This document shows, in pieces, positions 50,507 through 59,875 of a stretch of DNA of 64,000 nucleotides (positions are counted from its first letter, which is position 1; the number at the start of each line of letters is the position of its first letter). Position numbers and translations under genes: made by a program. The stretch is taken from NCBI GenBank assembly GCA_963664405.1, contig OY761158.1, positions 5,568,001 to 5,632,000 on the forward strand, written 5' to 3'. Below the pieces are notes generated by a model. That model saw nothing but the letters and a program-made list of their open reading frames with translations. It was not told the DNA's origin and ran no database searches. This stretch comes from Thermoanaerobaculia bacterium. Lineage in GTDB: Bacteria > Acidobacteriota > Thermoanaerobaculia > Multivoradales > Multivoraceae.

Positions 50507-51985
50507 CTACTCCAACACAATCACTTGGGCCAAGCGGGAGTCGACGATATATAGGCGACCCTGGCCGTCAACACTAATGTCTTCCGGGTCTCGCAGCTCG
50601 ATCCCTCCGACGTTGGGGCCGATCGAGGCAATTTTGTTGCCTGCCCGATCGCGCACCTCGACCGTTTTTTGGGCTTGGTCGAGGATATAGACGTTGCCAC
50701 CGACGTCGACGGCGAGCGCCTTGGGCCGGCGTCCTATGCTGGAAATGCGGCGAACGGTCTCGCCGCCAGCTCCCAGTACCGTGACCTCTTCCTTCTTGCG
50801 GTCGAGGAGCAAGACCTCGCTTGCATCTCCGGCCGTGATGTCGACGATATCGCCACCGGCCGCCGACAGCGTCCTCGAGGCTTGGTGGCGGTCGAAGCCC
50901 CAGAGGACCTTCTTGTCCAGAACGAACCATTCGTTGAAGGCTCCTCTTTGGGCCGAGACGATCCCTTGCAGGGCAGCGCTGCCGGTGAACGACTGGCGCT
51001 CGGAGGCCCCGATCGACACCACTCCGCTCTCGGTTGCCACAAAGCCGACGCCGTCGTAGCTCCAGGCCACATCCTTGGCCCGGGGTTGGGCAGCGCGTTC
51101 GAGCAGCTCACCGTCGCTGGACACCAAGAGGACTTCGCCGAGGCCACCGTCGTGGATCAAGATGCGTCCATCGCGGCTGACATCGACGTGTAGCGGGCGC
51201 TTCAGAGTCAAGCCGGAAACCGAGATTGCTCGCGCCCGGGCCCATCGGTCCTGGCCCAGAGCGGGTCGAAGCCAGTGGCGATGGATGAAGCCCAGATCGG
51301 TGCTCGCATTCTGGCGGAGGCCCTCTTCCATGGCCTCTTGATTCAGGACCTCCTGGAGGCTCTCCGCTGCCGGCGCCCAGTCGCCACCACGAAACAGACT
51401 GTGGGCGAATCCGTAGAGGGCGCGAGGCAGCCATGAAGACGGGCTCTCGTCTTCGATGGCTTCCAGGAAGGCGAGGGCGGCGAGGTCGGATTGGCCGAGC
51501 AGCAGCAGAGCTTCCCCACTTCTGACCCGAGCTTCGACACGTGCCTCGAGCGTTGGATACTCGACAGGGCCAAAGAGCACGGGGACCCTTCGGAGCGGTG
51601 TTCTTGCGGCCTCGAGCTCCTCCGGGTTCGCGGCTGTCTCGATCTGGAATTGGCCCTGCTTTACCCACGCCGCCGCCGCGTTCGGCGAGTCCGGATAGTC
51701 TTGGGTGAGCTTATCGAGGAGCTTACGGGCGCGGTCTCCTTCCCCGCCCTGCCAGTATGCATCGGACAGAAGGAGGAGCGCGGTCTCAGCCTGAAGGGTG
51801 TCTGGGTAGCGCTCCACCAGCAGCTCATAGGCTTGGCGAGCCTCTTCGGGTTTGCCTTCTCGCTCTTGGCGCTGGGCGTCCACGAAGAGCCGCTCCGCGG
51901 CCCCGTCCTGCTGGGCCGGAAGGGCCGGGCACAGAAAGAGGGCGCACCCCAAGGCCCACGGCGCAAAGCGTCTGAGGAGGCTCAT
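50507..51985 (-). CDS. Exported TPR (BamD/YbgF-like) + NHL beta-propeller protein
   Basis: Signal peptide; LVERYPDT and LTQDYPDS TPR motifs; RPKALAVDVGGNVYILD and DPEDISVDGQGRLYIVDS NHL repeats. Confidence 0.8.
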   Translation of the reverse strand: MSLLRRFAPWALGCALFLCPALPAQQDGAAERLFVDAQRQEREGKPEEARQAYELLVERYPDTLQAETALLLLSDAYWQGGEGDRARKLLDKLTQDYPDSPNAAAAWVKQGQFQIETAANPEELEAARTPLRRVPVLFGPVEYPTLEARVEARVRSGEALLLLGQSDLAALAFLEAIEDESPSSWLPRALYGFAHSLFRGGDWAPAAESLQEVLNQEAMEEGLRQNASTDLGFIHRHWLRPALGQDRWARARAISVSGLTLKRPLHVDVSRDGRILIHDGGLGEVLLVSSDGELLERAAQPRAKDVAWSYDGVGFVATESGVVSIGASERQSFTGSAALQGIVSAQRGAFNEWFVLDKKVLWGFDRHQASRTLSAAGGDIVDITAGDASEVLLLDRKKEEVTVLGAGGETVRRISSIGRRPKALAVDVGGNVYILDQAQKTVEVRDRAGNKIASIGPNVGGIELRDPEDISVDGQGRLYIVDSRLAQVIVLE

Positions 51986-53934
51986 CGAGAGTCGAGGAAC
52001 CCAAAGATCTCTGTGGTGCCGGCGCTGATGGTTTCGGTAGACGTCCTCGACTCACTGAGTGCCGGCCACTCGTAGCGGAACTGGTAGACGCCCGGAACCA
52101 GAGTCTGATTGAAGGGCGTTTCGTCGATCAGCCGATCGTTGATGTAGACGTTGCAATTTCCCGGCTGGGCGGCGACTCGAAACTGGACGGGCTCGGGCAC
52201 CCTAAGCTCGGCGCGGCCGTTGGAACCGACTTCGACCAGGACCCTCTCGTTCAGGAAGAGCTTGTCCGAGCTGAGTGTCACCTCGTAGGAGTCGGGCTTC
52301 AGGGCGATGTTGTGGCTCTGCTTCGGACCATAGGATCGGCCGCCGACTTCGATCTTTACCGGGAACGATGCCTCGGCGATCAGATGTCCAGGAGGGATGA
52401 CCGCTCGCAGCGGAAAGAAGAAGCGCTCACTGTCGATGACCTCTTGCTCGAGGCCGTCGGGAAAAGCAAAGCCGAGGCTCTCCGCATGGTACTGATCGAG
52501 CTCGACCCGAATCTGGTACTCGAGCCCTGAAGTGAGTGCGATCTCGACCGGTGTCGAGTCGGCCAACAGCTCATCGTTGAGGAAGACCTTGGCGCCTTCC
52601 GGACGAGTGGCCACGGTGAAGGTCTGGGTCGGTAGCGCGCTCTCGACGGCGGTCCACTCTTGCGCCATCGCCGGGTCGATGATGAGGGTCGTGGAAGCAA
52701 CAACGTGACCTTGACGTCGCAGCTCGAGAAGGACTTCCTCGCCTTCGTTCCCCTTGAGAGTGAGCTCGGCGGGCACAAAGAGGCCGGTACTCGCACCACT
52801 TCGCCAGATCTCCGCGCCGCCCTGATCGCCTTGGACGACCAAAGTCCTGGTGAGCGTGCGTGGCCCGCCGCCACCGGTGACTCCCGTGATCAGGCCTCCG
52901 AGCTTTTCGCTGCCGCCGCCGACGAAGAGGAAAGCAGCTACGGCAATGGCAACCGCGGCGGCCGCCAGCCACAGCCAGATCTTGTGGCCGTTCTTGGCAG
53001 ACCCCCTCTTCCTGCGCACGCGCTGGTGGCGCATCTGCAGCGTGCTCTCGGGCTGGTCGAAGGCAAGGTCGAGCTCTTGCGCCGCAACACCCAGAGCGTC
53101 GCGTACCGCGCTTGCCAGATCTGCGCAGCGTGGGTAGCGAGTTTCCGGCTTCTTTTCGAGCGCTCGAAGCAGCACCTTGTCGATTTGGGGCGGTAGAGAG
53201 GTGCGCTTCTCGTGAGGCCCGACAGGTGTCTCGTGGACGATCTTGTAGAGGATGGTGGTGGGGTTCTCGCCGGTGAAAGGTAGCTCGCCGGTGAGCATCT
53301 GATAGAGAATTATCGCAACCGAGAACTGATCGGAGGCTCCTGATACCTGCTGGCCAGTTACTTGCTCCGGGGACATGTACGACGGCGTCCCGACCACCGT
53401 GCCAGTGCGGGTGAGATTGGTTGAGGTCAGCTTGGCGACCCCGAAGTCGGTTACTTTGGGCTCCTGGTTGCGGTCGATCAGGATGTTGGCGGGTTTGATG
53501 TCGCGATGCACGACGCCATGGTCGTGTGCGAAGTCGAGCGCGGCGCAGATCTTGATGCCGAAATCCGCGATCTCCTTGAAGGAGAGCACCTTGTCCGACT
53601 TCATGATGTCCGCCAGATCTTCGCCCGGCAGAAACTCCATCGCGAAGAAGGGGTCGCCACCCTCCTTGCCGACATCGAAAACAGTGACGATGTTCGGGTG
53701 ATTTAGCGTTCCCGCGGATTGGAACTCGCGCTCGAAGCGAGTCTGGAGCTCCGCCACCTCCTCTTCAGCGAGGCCGGGATCGCTCTTGACGACCTTGATC
53801 GCCACCTGTCGGCCGATGACCGGGTCCTCGGCGAGATACACCATTCCCATTCCGCCTCGGCCCAGGGGTCTAATGACCCGGAACCGACCGAAGCTTTCTG
53901 GGTGGTTCCCTCCTCCGCCCGCTTCTGTCGCCAT
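51982..53934 (-). CDS. Membrane Ser/Thr protein kinase with extracytoplasmic PEGA-like domains
   Basis: LGRGGMG.VY, VAIK, HPNIV, HRDIKPAN, DFG, GTPSYMSPE; one TM helix; TRPEGAKVFLN PEGA. Confidence 0.93.
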   Translation of the reverse strand: MATEAGGGGNHPESFGRFRVIRPLGRGGMGMVYLAEDPVIGRQVAIKVVKSDPGLAEEEVAELQTRFEREFQSAGTLNHPNIVTVFDVGKEGGDPFFAMEFLPGEDLADIMKSDKVLSFKEIADFGIKICAALDFAHDHGVVHRDIKPANILIDRNQEPKVTDFGVAKLTSTNLTRTGTVVGTPSYMSPEQVTGQQVSGASDQFSVAIILYQMLTGELPFTGENPTTILYKIVHETPVGPHEKRTSLPPQIDKVLLRALEKKPETRYPRCADLASAVRDALGVAAQELDLAFDQPESTLQMRHQRVRRKRGSAKNGHKIWLWLAAAAVAIAVAAFLFVGGGSEKLGGLITGVTGGGGPRTLTRTLVVQGDQGGAEIWRSGASTGLFVPAELTLKGNEGEEVLLELRRQGHVVASTTLIIDPAMAQEWTAVESALPTQTFTVATRPEGAKVFLNDELLADSTPVEIALTSGLEYQIRVELDQYHAESLGFAFPDGLEQEVIDSERFFFPLRAVIPPGHLIAEASFPVKIEVGGRSYGPKQSHNIALKPDSYEVTLSSDKLFLNERVLVEVGSNGRAELRVPEPVQFRVAAQPGNCNVYINDRLIDETPFNQTLVPGVYQFRYEWPALSESRTSTETISAGTTEIFGFLDSR

Positions 53935-53994
53935 GCAGCGCCTATGATACGGGTCGTGGCCTGCCGGCTCAAGCGGTTTCTGCTTGTCCCGGTC

Positions 53995-55737
53995 TCAGCC
54001 GCTCTCGGCCAGCGCGCTCTCGCCCAGGGACTTTGCTGCTGGAGATAGGGGGGCGAGGGTAAGAATGCGATGGATGCCCTGGACCGCCTTGCCGTGGTCT
54101 CCCATCCGCTGATAGAGGATCACCTCTTTATGAAGCTCGTCGGCGAGTAGATGTTGGCGTTCCCTGACTGTCTCAGCCAGCGGCCCCCCGGTGTCACGCT
54201 CGAGAAACTCCGCTCCGTTCTCGAGCTCCTCGAAAGTCGATGCCATCCCTTTGAGCCTCCCCAGGGCGACCTCGGCAAGCTTGGGGTCGTGGCTCTGCTC
54301 GGTCAGGGTTTGCAGTGCCGCCAGGCGTTCGAGGCGGGGGGCTAGGACCACGAGTCCCCTCCTGGCACGGTCAGCGACATCGCCGGTTCCGCTCGACCTT
54401 GCTCTCAACAGGCTCTCCACCGCTTCGGTCTCGCGCGAAAGGCGGGCGTAGGCCTCCCCCAGGGCGAGAGCGATCTCGGGAGATCGCTCCGAGTCGGGAA
54501 AGTTGCTCAGAAAGGTTTCGAGGAATGGGGTCTCGTATACCTCGCCATCCAGCACCGCCAGTGCATCGGCGTAGAGATCGTCTCGCGACTCGCGAAGCTC
54601 GGCAATCTCCGCTTGTGCTTGCGCCAGGAAGGCACTCTCGGGTGTGAGCTCGAAAACGGTCTTCACTTCGCTCTCGTACGAGGTCAGGAGCGAGCCATAG
54701 TCGCGGGCCAAGGGTCTCATCTCTTCCACCGCCTCGCGGCTTCCTTGGAGCCGATCGAGGCGTAGGCCATCGGCCACGTCTCCTCGAGGCCAGGCGGAAA
54801 GGGCGGTCTCGGCTAGAAGTTCGTCGATCTCCGGGGAGCTGTGGGGTGTCTTGACGAATTCGAGCAGCGCCGCTTGGCTACGTTGGCGGTAGGGCTCGAC
54901 CGGATAGGGGTCCTGGACCACGAGGGTGTTCTTCCGCGCCTTTGCCGCGCGCACGCGCTCGGTGAAGAAAGGATGAGTCTGCCAGTATCCGAAGTTTTGG
55001 TCTTGTGGCAGGCGTTCCTCCAGCTTGGCCATCAGCTGGCGGGTGCCGTCGGGATCGAAGCCCGCAGCGGCGGCGAAGCGCTGCCCTTGGTCGTCGGACT
55101 CGTCCTCGTTCTGCCTGCTGTAGCTGCGCAACAGGAGCTCACTCACCAGCATGCCGGTGGCGGCGGCTCCCTGAACGAGGGCACCGGTGTTGCCCGAATC
55201 TCGTCGAATGCCCCAACCGTCGACATAGGTGTCTGAGTCGCTCTGGCTTGCGCCGACCATGAGTCCCACCGTGAGCACCTGGCTTAGAACGCCGAGCAGG
55301 GTTGCACGGCGCCGCATCGAGAGAAAGTGTTCTTCGCTAACGTGGGCGACCTCATGGCCCAGCAGGCCGGCAAGCATGTCGTTGCTGAGATCGAGGTCGA
55401 GCATGCCGCGAGTGACGAAGATGTGACCAGCGGGAAGCGCGAAGGCATTGGGCAATGCCATGTCGACCAGGTAGAAGGAAAAAGGGAACTTTCGGAAGCC
55501 TGAGTGGCGGGCGATGGCGTAGCCGATCCGGTTTACTCGCGCCTCTTCTTCATCGTTCTCGTAGGGGCCATACGCCTTGCGCGCCTCCAGCGCGGCCAGG
55601 ATGCTCTTCTCGAAGAGGCCAGGGTCGGAGATCGCCAACGTCTCCTCGGCGAAGATGCGCCCGGGAGCGCCCAGCAGAAGTGCGCTCACTAGGGCCAATG
55701 AAAGATGGCGTTTCCGTCGTCTCGTAGCGAAGAGCAT
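53995..55737 (-). CDS. M48 family metallopeptidase with C-terminal TPR-like region (BepA-like)
   Basis: PNAFALPAG.IFVTRG, GHEVAH, YSRQNEDESD, THP. ATG 55737 follows GGAGG. Confidence 0.87.
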   Translation of the reverse strand: MLFATRRRKRHLSLALVSALLLGAPGRIFAEETLAISDPGLFEKSILAALEARKAYGPYENDEEEARVNRIGYAIARHSGFRKFPFSFYLVDMALPNAFALPAGHIFVTRGMLDLDLSNDMLAGLLGHEVAHVSEEHFLSMRRRATLLGVLSQVLTVGLMVGASQSDSDTYVDGWGIRRDSGNTGALVQGAAATGMLVSELLLRSYSRQNEDESDDQGQRFAAAAGFDPDGTRQLMAKLEERLPQDQNFGYWQTHPFFTERVRAAKARKNTLVVQDPYPVEPYRQRSQAALLEFVKTPHSSPEIDELLAETALSAWPRGDVADGLRLDRLQGSREAVEEMRPLARDYGSLLTSYESEVKTVFELTPESAFLAQAQAEIAELRESRDDLYADALAVLDGEVYETPFLETFLSNFPDSERSPEIALALGEAYARLSRETEAVESLLRARSSGTGDVADRARRGLVVLAPRLERLAALQTLTEQSHDPKLAEVALGRLKGMASTFEELENGAEFLERDTGGPLAETVRERQHLLADELHKEVILYQRMGDHGKAVQGIHRILTLAPLSPAAKSLGESALAESG

Positions 55738-55949
55738 ACGCCTCCGTCCTTCCGAGATGTCATTATCGCCCACACGGAAGCCCGACCCCCAACTGAGTTT
55801 GCTGGTCATCACCTAGGGTCTTGCAAGAGACGCGCCATCGGCGCGGCGCCTTGACCGTTTCGAGGAGCGTCGTTACAGTCGCAACTGGGTTTCTTGCCCC
55901 GCGGTCGGAGTCGGTGGACGTCTCGCCTCGCCATTTACGGAGGAGCACC

Positions 55950-56984
55950 ATGAGATCGGTCATCCCTATCAGCGCCGTCCCGGTAGCGGTATTGCTGTTT
56001 CTGTTCGCCCTTCCTGTCGCTGCGGCCAAGGTGGAGCTCAAGCTAGCGACCCAGGCTCCGGAGAACTCGCCCTGGTACGTCATGTTGCAGGGGCTCGACA
56101 AAGAGTTTCGCGAGATCACCGGCGGAGAGGTCTCGTTAGTGATCTACCCCGGCGGGGTCTCGGGGGACGAGTCCGACATCATCCGCAAGATGCGCATCGG
56201 CCAACTCCACGCCGGGGCGCTGACGGTTGCGGGTCTCTCCGACCTCGCCAAAGACTTCAGTGTTTTCGAGATACCGCTCTTTTTCGATTCTTGGGATGAG
56301 TTCAACTTTGTGCTCGAGGACCTGACTCCCGTTCTGACCCAGAGCTTGGACGAAAAGGGCTTCGTGTGGCTTACTTGGGGCCATGTCGGATGGGTCCACT
56401 TCTTTACCAAGAAACCCGTGGCACGTCTCGACGAGTTGCGCGAGCTGAAGATCTTTACCTGGGCCGGCAACGACAACATGGTGCAGTGGTGGAAGCGGAA
56501 CGGATTCAACCCGGTGGCGTTGCAGCTTCCTGATGCTCTTCAGGGGCTCAGAACCGGCATGATCGAGACCATGATCTCGCCGCCGCTGGCCGCGCTGTCT
56601 CTACAGTGGTTCAAAGACGCACCCTATATGATCGACATCGGGCTAGCCCCCATGGTGGGCGCCATCGTGGTCTCTAAGAGAGCTTGGAGCCGCGTCGACC
56701 CCAAGCACTATGAAGCCCTTCTCGCGGCCGCGAGCAGGGTCGGCTCGAAGTTGGCGAGCCAGATCCCCTTCCTCGACTCCTCGGCGGTGAACGTGATGAA
56801 GAACCAGGGGCTCGAAGTGCTCGAGATCCGCGACAGCGAGCACTCCGCCGAATGGTTGGCGGAGGCGGAGAAGTTCGCCGACGAGATGCGGGGCGATATG
56901 GTGCCGCCCGTGATCTTCGATCGCGCCTTGGCGAAGCGAAACGAGTTTCGTCGTCAACAGAGCACGGCCGAGAAGAGCCCCTGA
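55950..56984 (+). CDS. dctP: TRAP transporter substrate-binding protein DctP (TatP-like)
   Basis: Signal peptide, KLATQAPENSPW, IYPGGVSGDE..RKMRIGQL. ATG 55950 follows GGAGGAG. Confidence 0.88.
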   Translation: MRSVIPISAVPVAVLLFLFALPVAAAKVELKLATQAPENSPWYVMLQGLDKEFREITGGEVSLVIYPGGVSGDESDIIRKMRIGQLHAGALTVAGLSDLAKDFSVFEIPLFFDSWDEFNFVLEDLTPVLTQSLDEKGFVWLTWGHVGWVHFFTKKPVARLDELRELKIFTWAGNDNMVQWWKRNGFNPVALQLPDALQGLRTGMIETMISPPLAALSLQWFKDAPYMIDIGLAPMVGAIVVSKRAWSRVDPKHYEALLAAASRVGSKLASQIPFLDSSAVNVMKNQGLEVLEIRDSEHSAEWLAEAEKFADEMRGDMVPPVIFDRALAKRNEFRRQQSTAEKSP

Positions 56985-58780
56985 GAGCACTTCTCCATCG
57001 CCTCGAAGATGGCGCGGTCAGCATCGTGCTGCTGGTGATGGTGATCTTGCCGCTGGCGGAGATTTTCGCGCGCTCGGTGTTCGGGGTCGGAATCCCTGCC
57101 TCGGGCCCCATCGTTCAGAATCTCACGCTGTGGGTGGGCTTCCTCGGTGCGGCATTGGCTGCCCGCGAGAACCGTTTGCTTTCGCTCGCCACCGGTCAGC
57201 TTCTGCCTGAAGGGCGATGGCGCGACGGCGCGAAGGTGTTCTCCAACGCAATGGGAGCGGCGGTTGCCACCATGCTGGCGAAGGCCAGCCTGGAGCTGGC
57301 AGTGATCGAGAAGGAAGGCGGGATGGAGATCGGTGCCGGAATCCCGGTCTGGCTGGTGCAGTTGGTGCTCCCGCTGTCCTTCGCGTTGATCGGCCTGAGA
57401 CTGATCCTGCAAGCCTCCCAAGCTTGGTGGGGGAGGCTGTTGGCGACGGCGGGAGCCGGCATCGGGCTTTGGCTGGGGTTTCACGAGTTGGCTATGGATG
57501 GAAAGCCGGCTTGGCCGCTGGTGCTCCTGCTGATCTTCGCCACTGCGCTCGGTGGGCCGATCTTCGTCATGCTCGGTGGCGCTGCCCTCTTCCTCTTTCT
57601 TTCCGATGGTGTGCCGGCAATGGCGATCCCCGCCGAGACCTATCGGATGAGCGTCTCGGTCACGCTCGCGGCGATCCCACTCTTCACGCTCACCGGCTTT
57701 GCCTTAGCCGAGGGGAACTCTTCGCAGCGATTGCTTCGTTTGTTCCGGGCTTTCTTCGGCTGGATCCCCGGCGGCACCGCGGTCGTTACCGCCGTACTTT
57801 GCGCTTTCTTTACCGTCTTCACGGGCGGTTCGGGGGTGACGATCCTCGCTCTAGGCGGGCTCCTCTTTCCGGCTCTCCTTGCCGATGGATATCGCGATCG
57901 CTTCTCGCTCGGGCTGCTGACGGCCTCCGGCTCTCTCGGATTGCTCTGGCCACCGGCCTTGCCCCTCATCCTCTATGCCATCGTCGCCGAGATCCCCTAC
58001 GAGGATCTCTTCATCGGTGGTCTGATTCCGGGTTTGCTTCTGCTTGGGCTGGTAGCCGGTTGGGGCATGCGTGAAGGGTGGAAGACCGGAGCTGGGCGCA
58101 GCCGTTTCACTGTCGCGGAGGCACTCTCGGCGCTGTGGCTGGCGAAGTGGGAGATCTTGCTCCCGGTGCTGGTGCTCTTCGCTATATTCGGTGGCTACGC
58201 CACCATTGTCGAGGCTGCCGCGCTGGCGGCTGGTTATGCCTTGGTGACCCAGTGCTTCATCCACAAAGATATCGGCCTTGGCAGAGACCTGCTGCGGGTG
58301 TTTCAACAGTGCGGAGTGCTGATCGGAGGGGTGCTCATCATTCTTGGCGTGGCGATGGGTCTCACCAGCTATATGGTCGACGCACAAGTCGCGGCGCGAG
58401 TCCTGAGCTGGGCGGAAGGGGCGATTCATTCGAAGTTGGTGTTCCTGCTCGCGCTCAACGTCTTCCTTCTGATCGTCGGCTGTCTTATGGACATTTTCTC
58501 GGCCATTGTCGTGGTCGTGCCGCTCATCATTCCAATCGGACTTGCATTCGGCGTTGACCCGGTGCACCTGGGGATCATCTTCATCGCCAACCTCGAGCTC
58601 GGCTATCTCACTCCGCCGGTGGGGCTGAACCTGTTTCTGGCGTCCTACCGCTTCGAGCGCCCGCTGCTCCAGGTCTACCGCGCCGTCATCCCGATGCTGC
58701 TCATTCTGGGCGGGGGAGTGCTACTCATCACTTACTACCCGCCTATGACCCTCGGTCTCCTACGCCTCTTCGGGCGTTAG
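56981..58780 (+). CDS. TRAP transporter fused small/large permease DctQM
   Basis: DctQ-like N-term (RLED...LWVGFLGAALAA); DctM motifs AIPLF, GSLGLLWPP, DPVHLGIIF.NLELGYLTPPVG.NLF. Start uncertain (CTG 56981 inferred). Confidence 0.88.
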   Translation: MRALLHRLEDGAVSIVLLVMVILPLAEIFARSVFGVGIPASGPIVQNLTLWVGFLGAALAARENRLLSLATGQLLPEGRWRDGAKVFSNAMGAAVATMLAKASLELAVIEKEGGMEIGAGIPVWLVQLVLPLSFALIGLRLILQASQAWWGRLLATAGAGIGLWLGFHELAMDGKPAWPLVLLLIFATALGGPIFVMLGGAALFLFLSDGVPAMAIPAETYRMSVSVTLAAIPLFTLTGFALAEGNSSQRLLRLFRAFFGWIPGGTAVVTAVLCAFFTVFTGGSGVTILALGGLLFPALLADGYRDRFSLGLLTASGSLGLLWPPALPLILYAIVAEIPYEDLFIGGLIPGLLLLGLVAGWGMREGWKTGAGRSRFTVAEALSALWLAKWEILLPVLVLFAIFGGYATIVEAAALAAGYALVTQCFIHKDIGLGRDLLRVFQQCGVLIGGVLIILGVAMGLTSYMVDAQVAARVLSWAEGAIHSKLVFLLALNVFLLIVGCLMDIFSAIVVVVPLIIPIGLAFGVDPVHLGIIFIANLELGYLTPPVGLNLFLASYRFERPLLQVYRAVIPMLLILGGGVLLITYYPPMTLGLLRLFGR

Positions 58781-58788
58781 GCTCCAGC

Positions 58789-59247
58789 ATGCGCAGGGTG
58801 CAGAGCGTCGCTGTCGTTTTTGCCTTTGTCTGCGGCGCTCTGGCCCTGGTTACGAGCACGGGGTGCCCGGTGCTGCCTGAGGGTGATCCCGGCTCGGTAG
58901 GCTTGTTGCACAGTCTTGTCGGTGCCGTCGGAGCCATATGTGGATTCTTCTTGCCCTTCAGGGCCAAAGAGATCGACCAAGAGCGTTGGCGGATCGTGGA
59001 AGATTCGACGCTGACCAGCGGCGAGCGAGAGTACGCGCACAAGGAGGCAGACAGCGAGCGCAAGAGGGCGGGCATTGTCTTCTTGGTGGCACCGCTGACG
59101 CTGGGTCTTTGGCTGGCGTACCAGTTCAGGCAGGAGGACGCGATTATCACGACCGATTTCTTGGCGGTGACGCCGCTGGTGGGCCTTGCGGTGGGTTGGT
59201 TGGTCGGCTGGGCCTGGCTGGGGAGATTTCGCAGTGGACCCCAGTGA
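58789..59247 (+). CDS. Hypothetical membrane protein
   Basis: About four hydrophobic segments; starts 8 nt after dctQM. Confidence 0.6.
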   Translation: MRRVQSVAVVFAFVCGALALVTSTGCPVLPEGDPGSVGLLHSLVGAVGAICGFFLPFRAKEIDQERWRIVEDSTLTSGEREYAHKEADSERKRAGIVFLVAPLTLGLWLAYQFRQEDAIITTDFLAVTPLVGLAVGWLVGWAWLGRFRSGPQ

Positions 59248-59533
59248 CCCATCCGACACCGAGGATCTCGCACCGGTGGAGGTCCCCATTACCGACGTGC
59301 TCGATCTGCACAGCTTTCGCCCTGCGGAAATCACAGATGTTGTGAGCGACTATCTCGATGCCGCCTGGGAGAAGGGACTGCGGGAGCTGCGCATCATTCA
59401 CGGCCGCGGCATCGGCGTACAGCGCGAGAGCGTGCGAAAGATCCTCTCCCGCGACCCGCGCGTCCGCGAATTCGGCGACGCCCCCTCCGAAGCAGGCGGC
59501 TGGGGAGCGACTCTGGTGCGCTTCGAGGTCTGA
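59234..59533 (+). CDS. Smr/MutS2 C-terminal domain protein
   Basis: LDLHSF, RIIHGRGIG, GGWGATLV; GTG 59234 follows GGGAG. Confidence 0.88.
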   Translation: MDPSDPSDTEDLAPVEVPITDVLDLHSFRPAEITDVVSDYLDAAWEKGLRELRIIHGRGIGVQRESVRKILSRDPRVREFGDAPSEAGGWGATLVRFEV

Positions 59534-59564
59534 AGCTGGGTCGCGCCGCTCGGGCCGGCCGCGG

Positions 59565-59667
59565 GGGGCCTTGGAGAGCGGGTTGCTCCGCGGGTGGCCG
59601 ATGGCTGGGTGGGGCCGCCGACTTGTGTCATGAAAATTATGCTCCGCAACCCGCTCTCCAAGGCCCC
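59565..59667. repeat. Perfect 22-bp inverted repeat with 59-bp spacer
   Basis: GGGGCCTTGGAGAGCGGGTTGC (59565-59586) and GCAACCCGCTCTCCAAGGCCCC (59646-59667). Confidence 0.85.
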
Positions 59668-59875
59668 TTCTGCGGCCTTCCGCGCTGCCCTGCCTAGGTC
59701 AGTCATCTAGGGCCCGTTTATGATGGGAGGGGTGACTCGATCCGGCGTCGGGCTTCCGGGGGCGATGAACCCCGGCACTTTTCGCCCCCTAGGAGCGTGT
59801 CCGAGAATTCGGACAGGCGAGTAGTTCTCAGGCGGGGATGGGCCGGAAAACGGGCCGAAGGCGCGTTTTCTGGGG

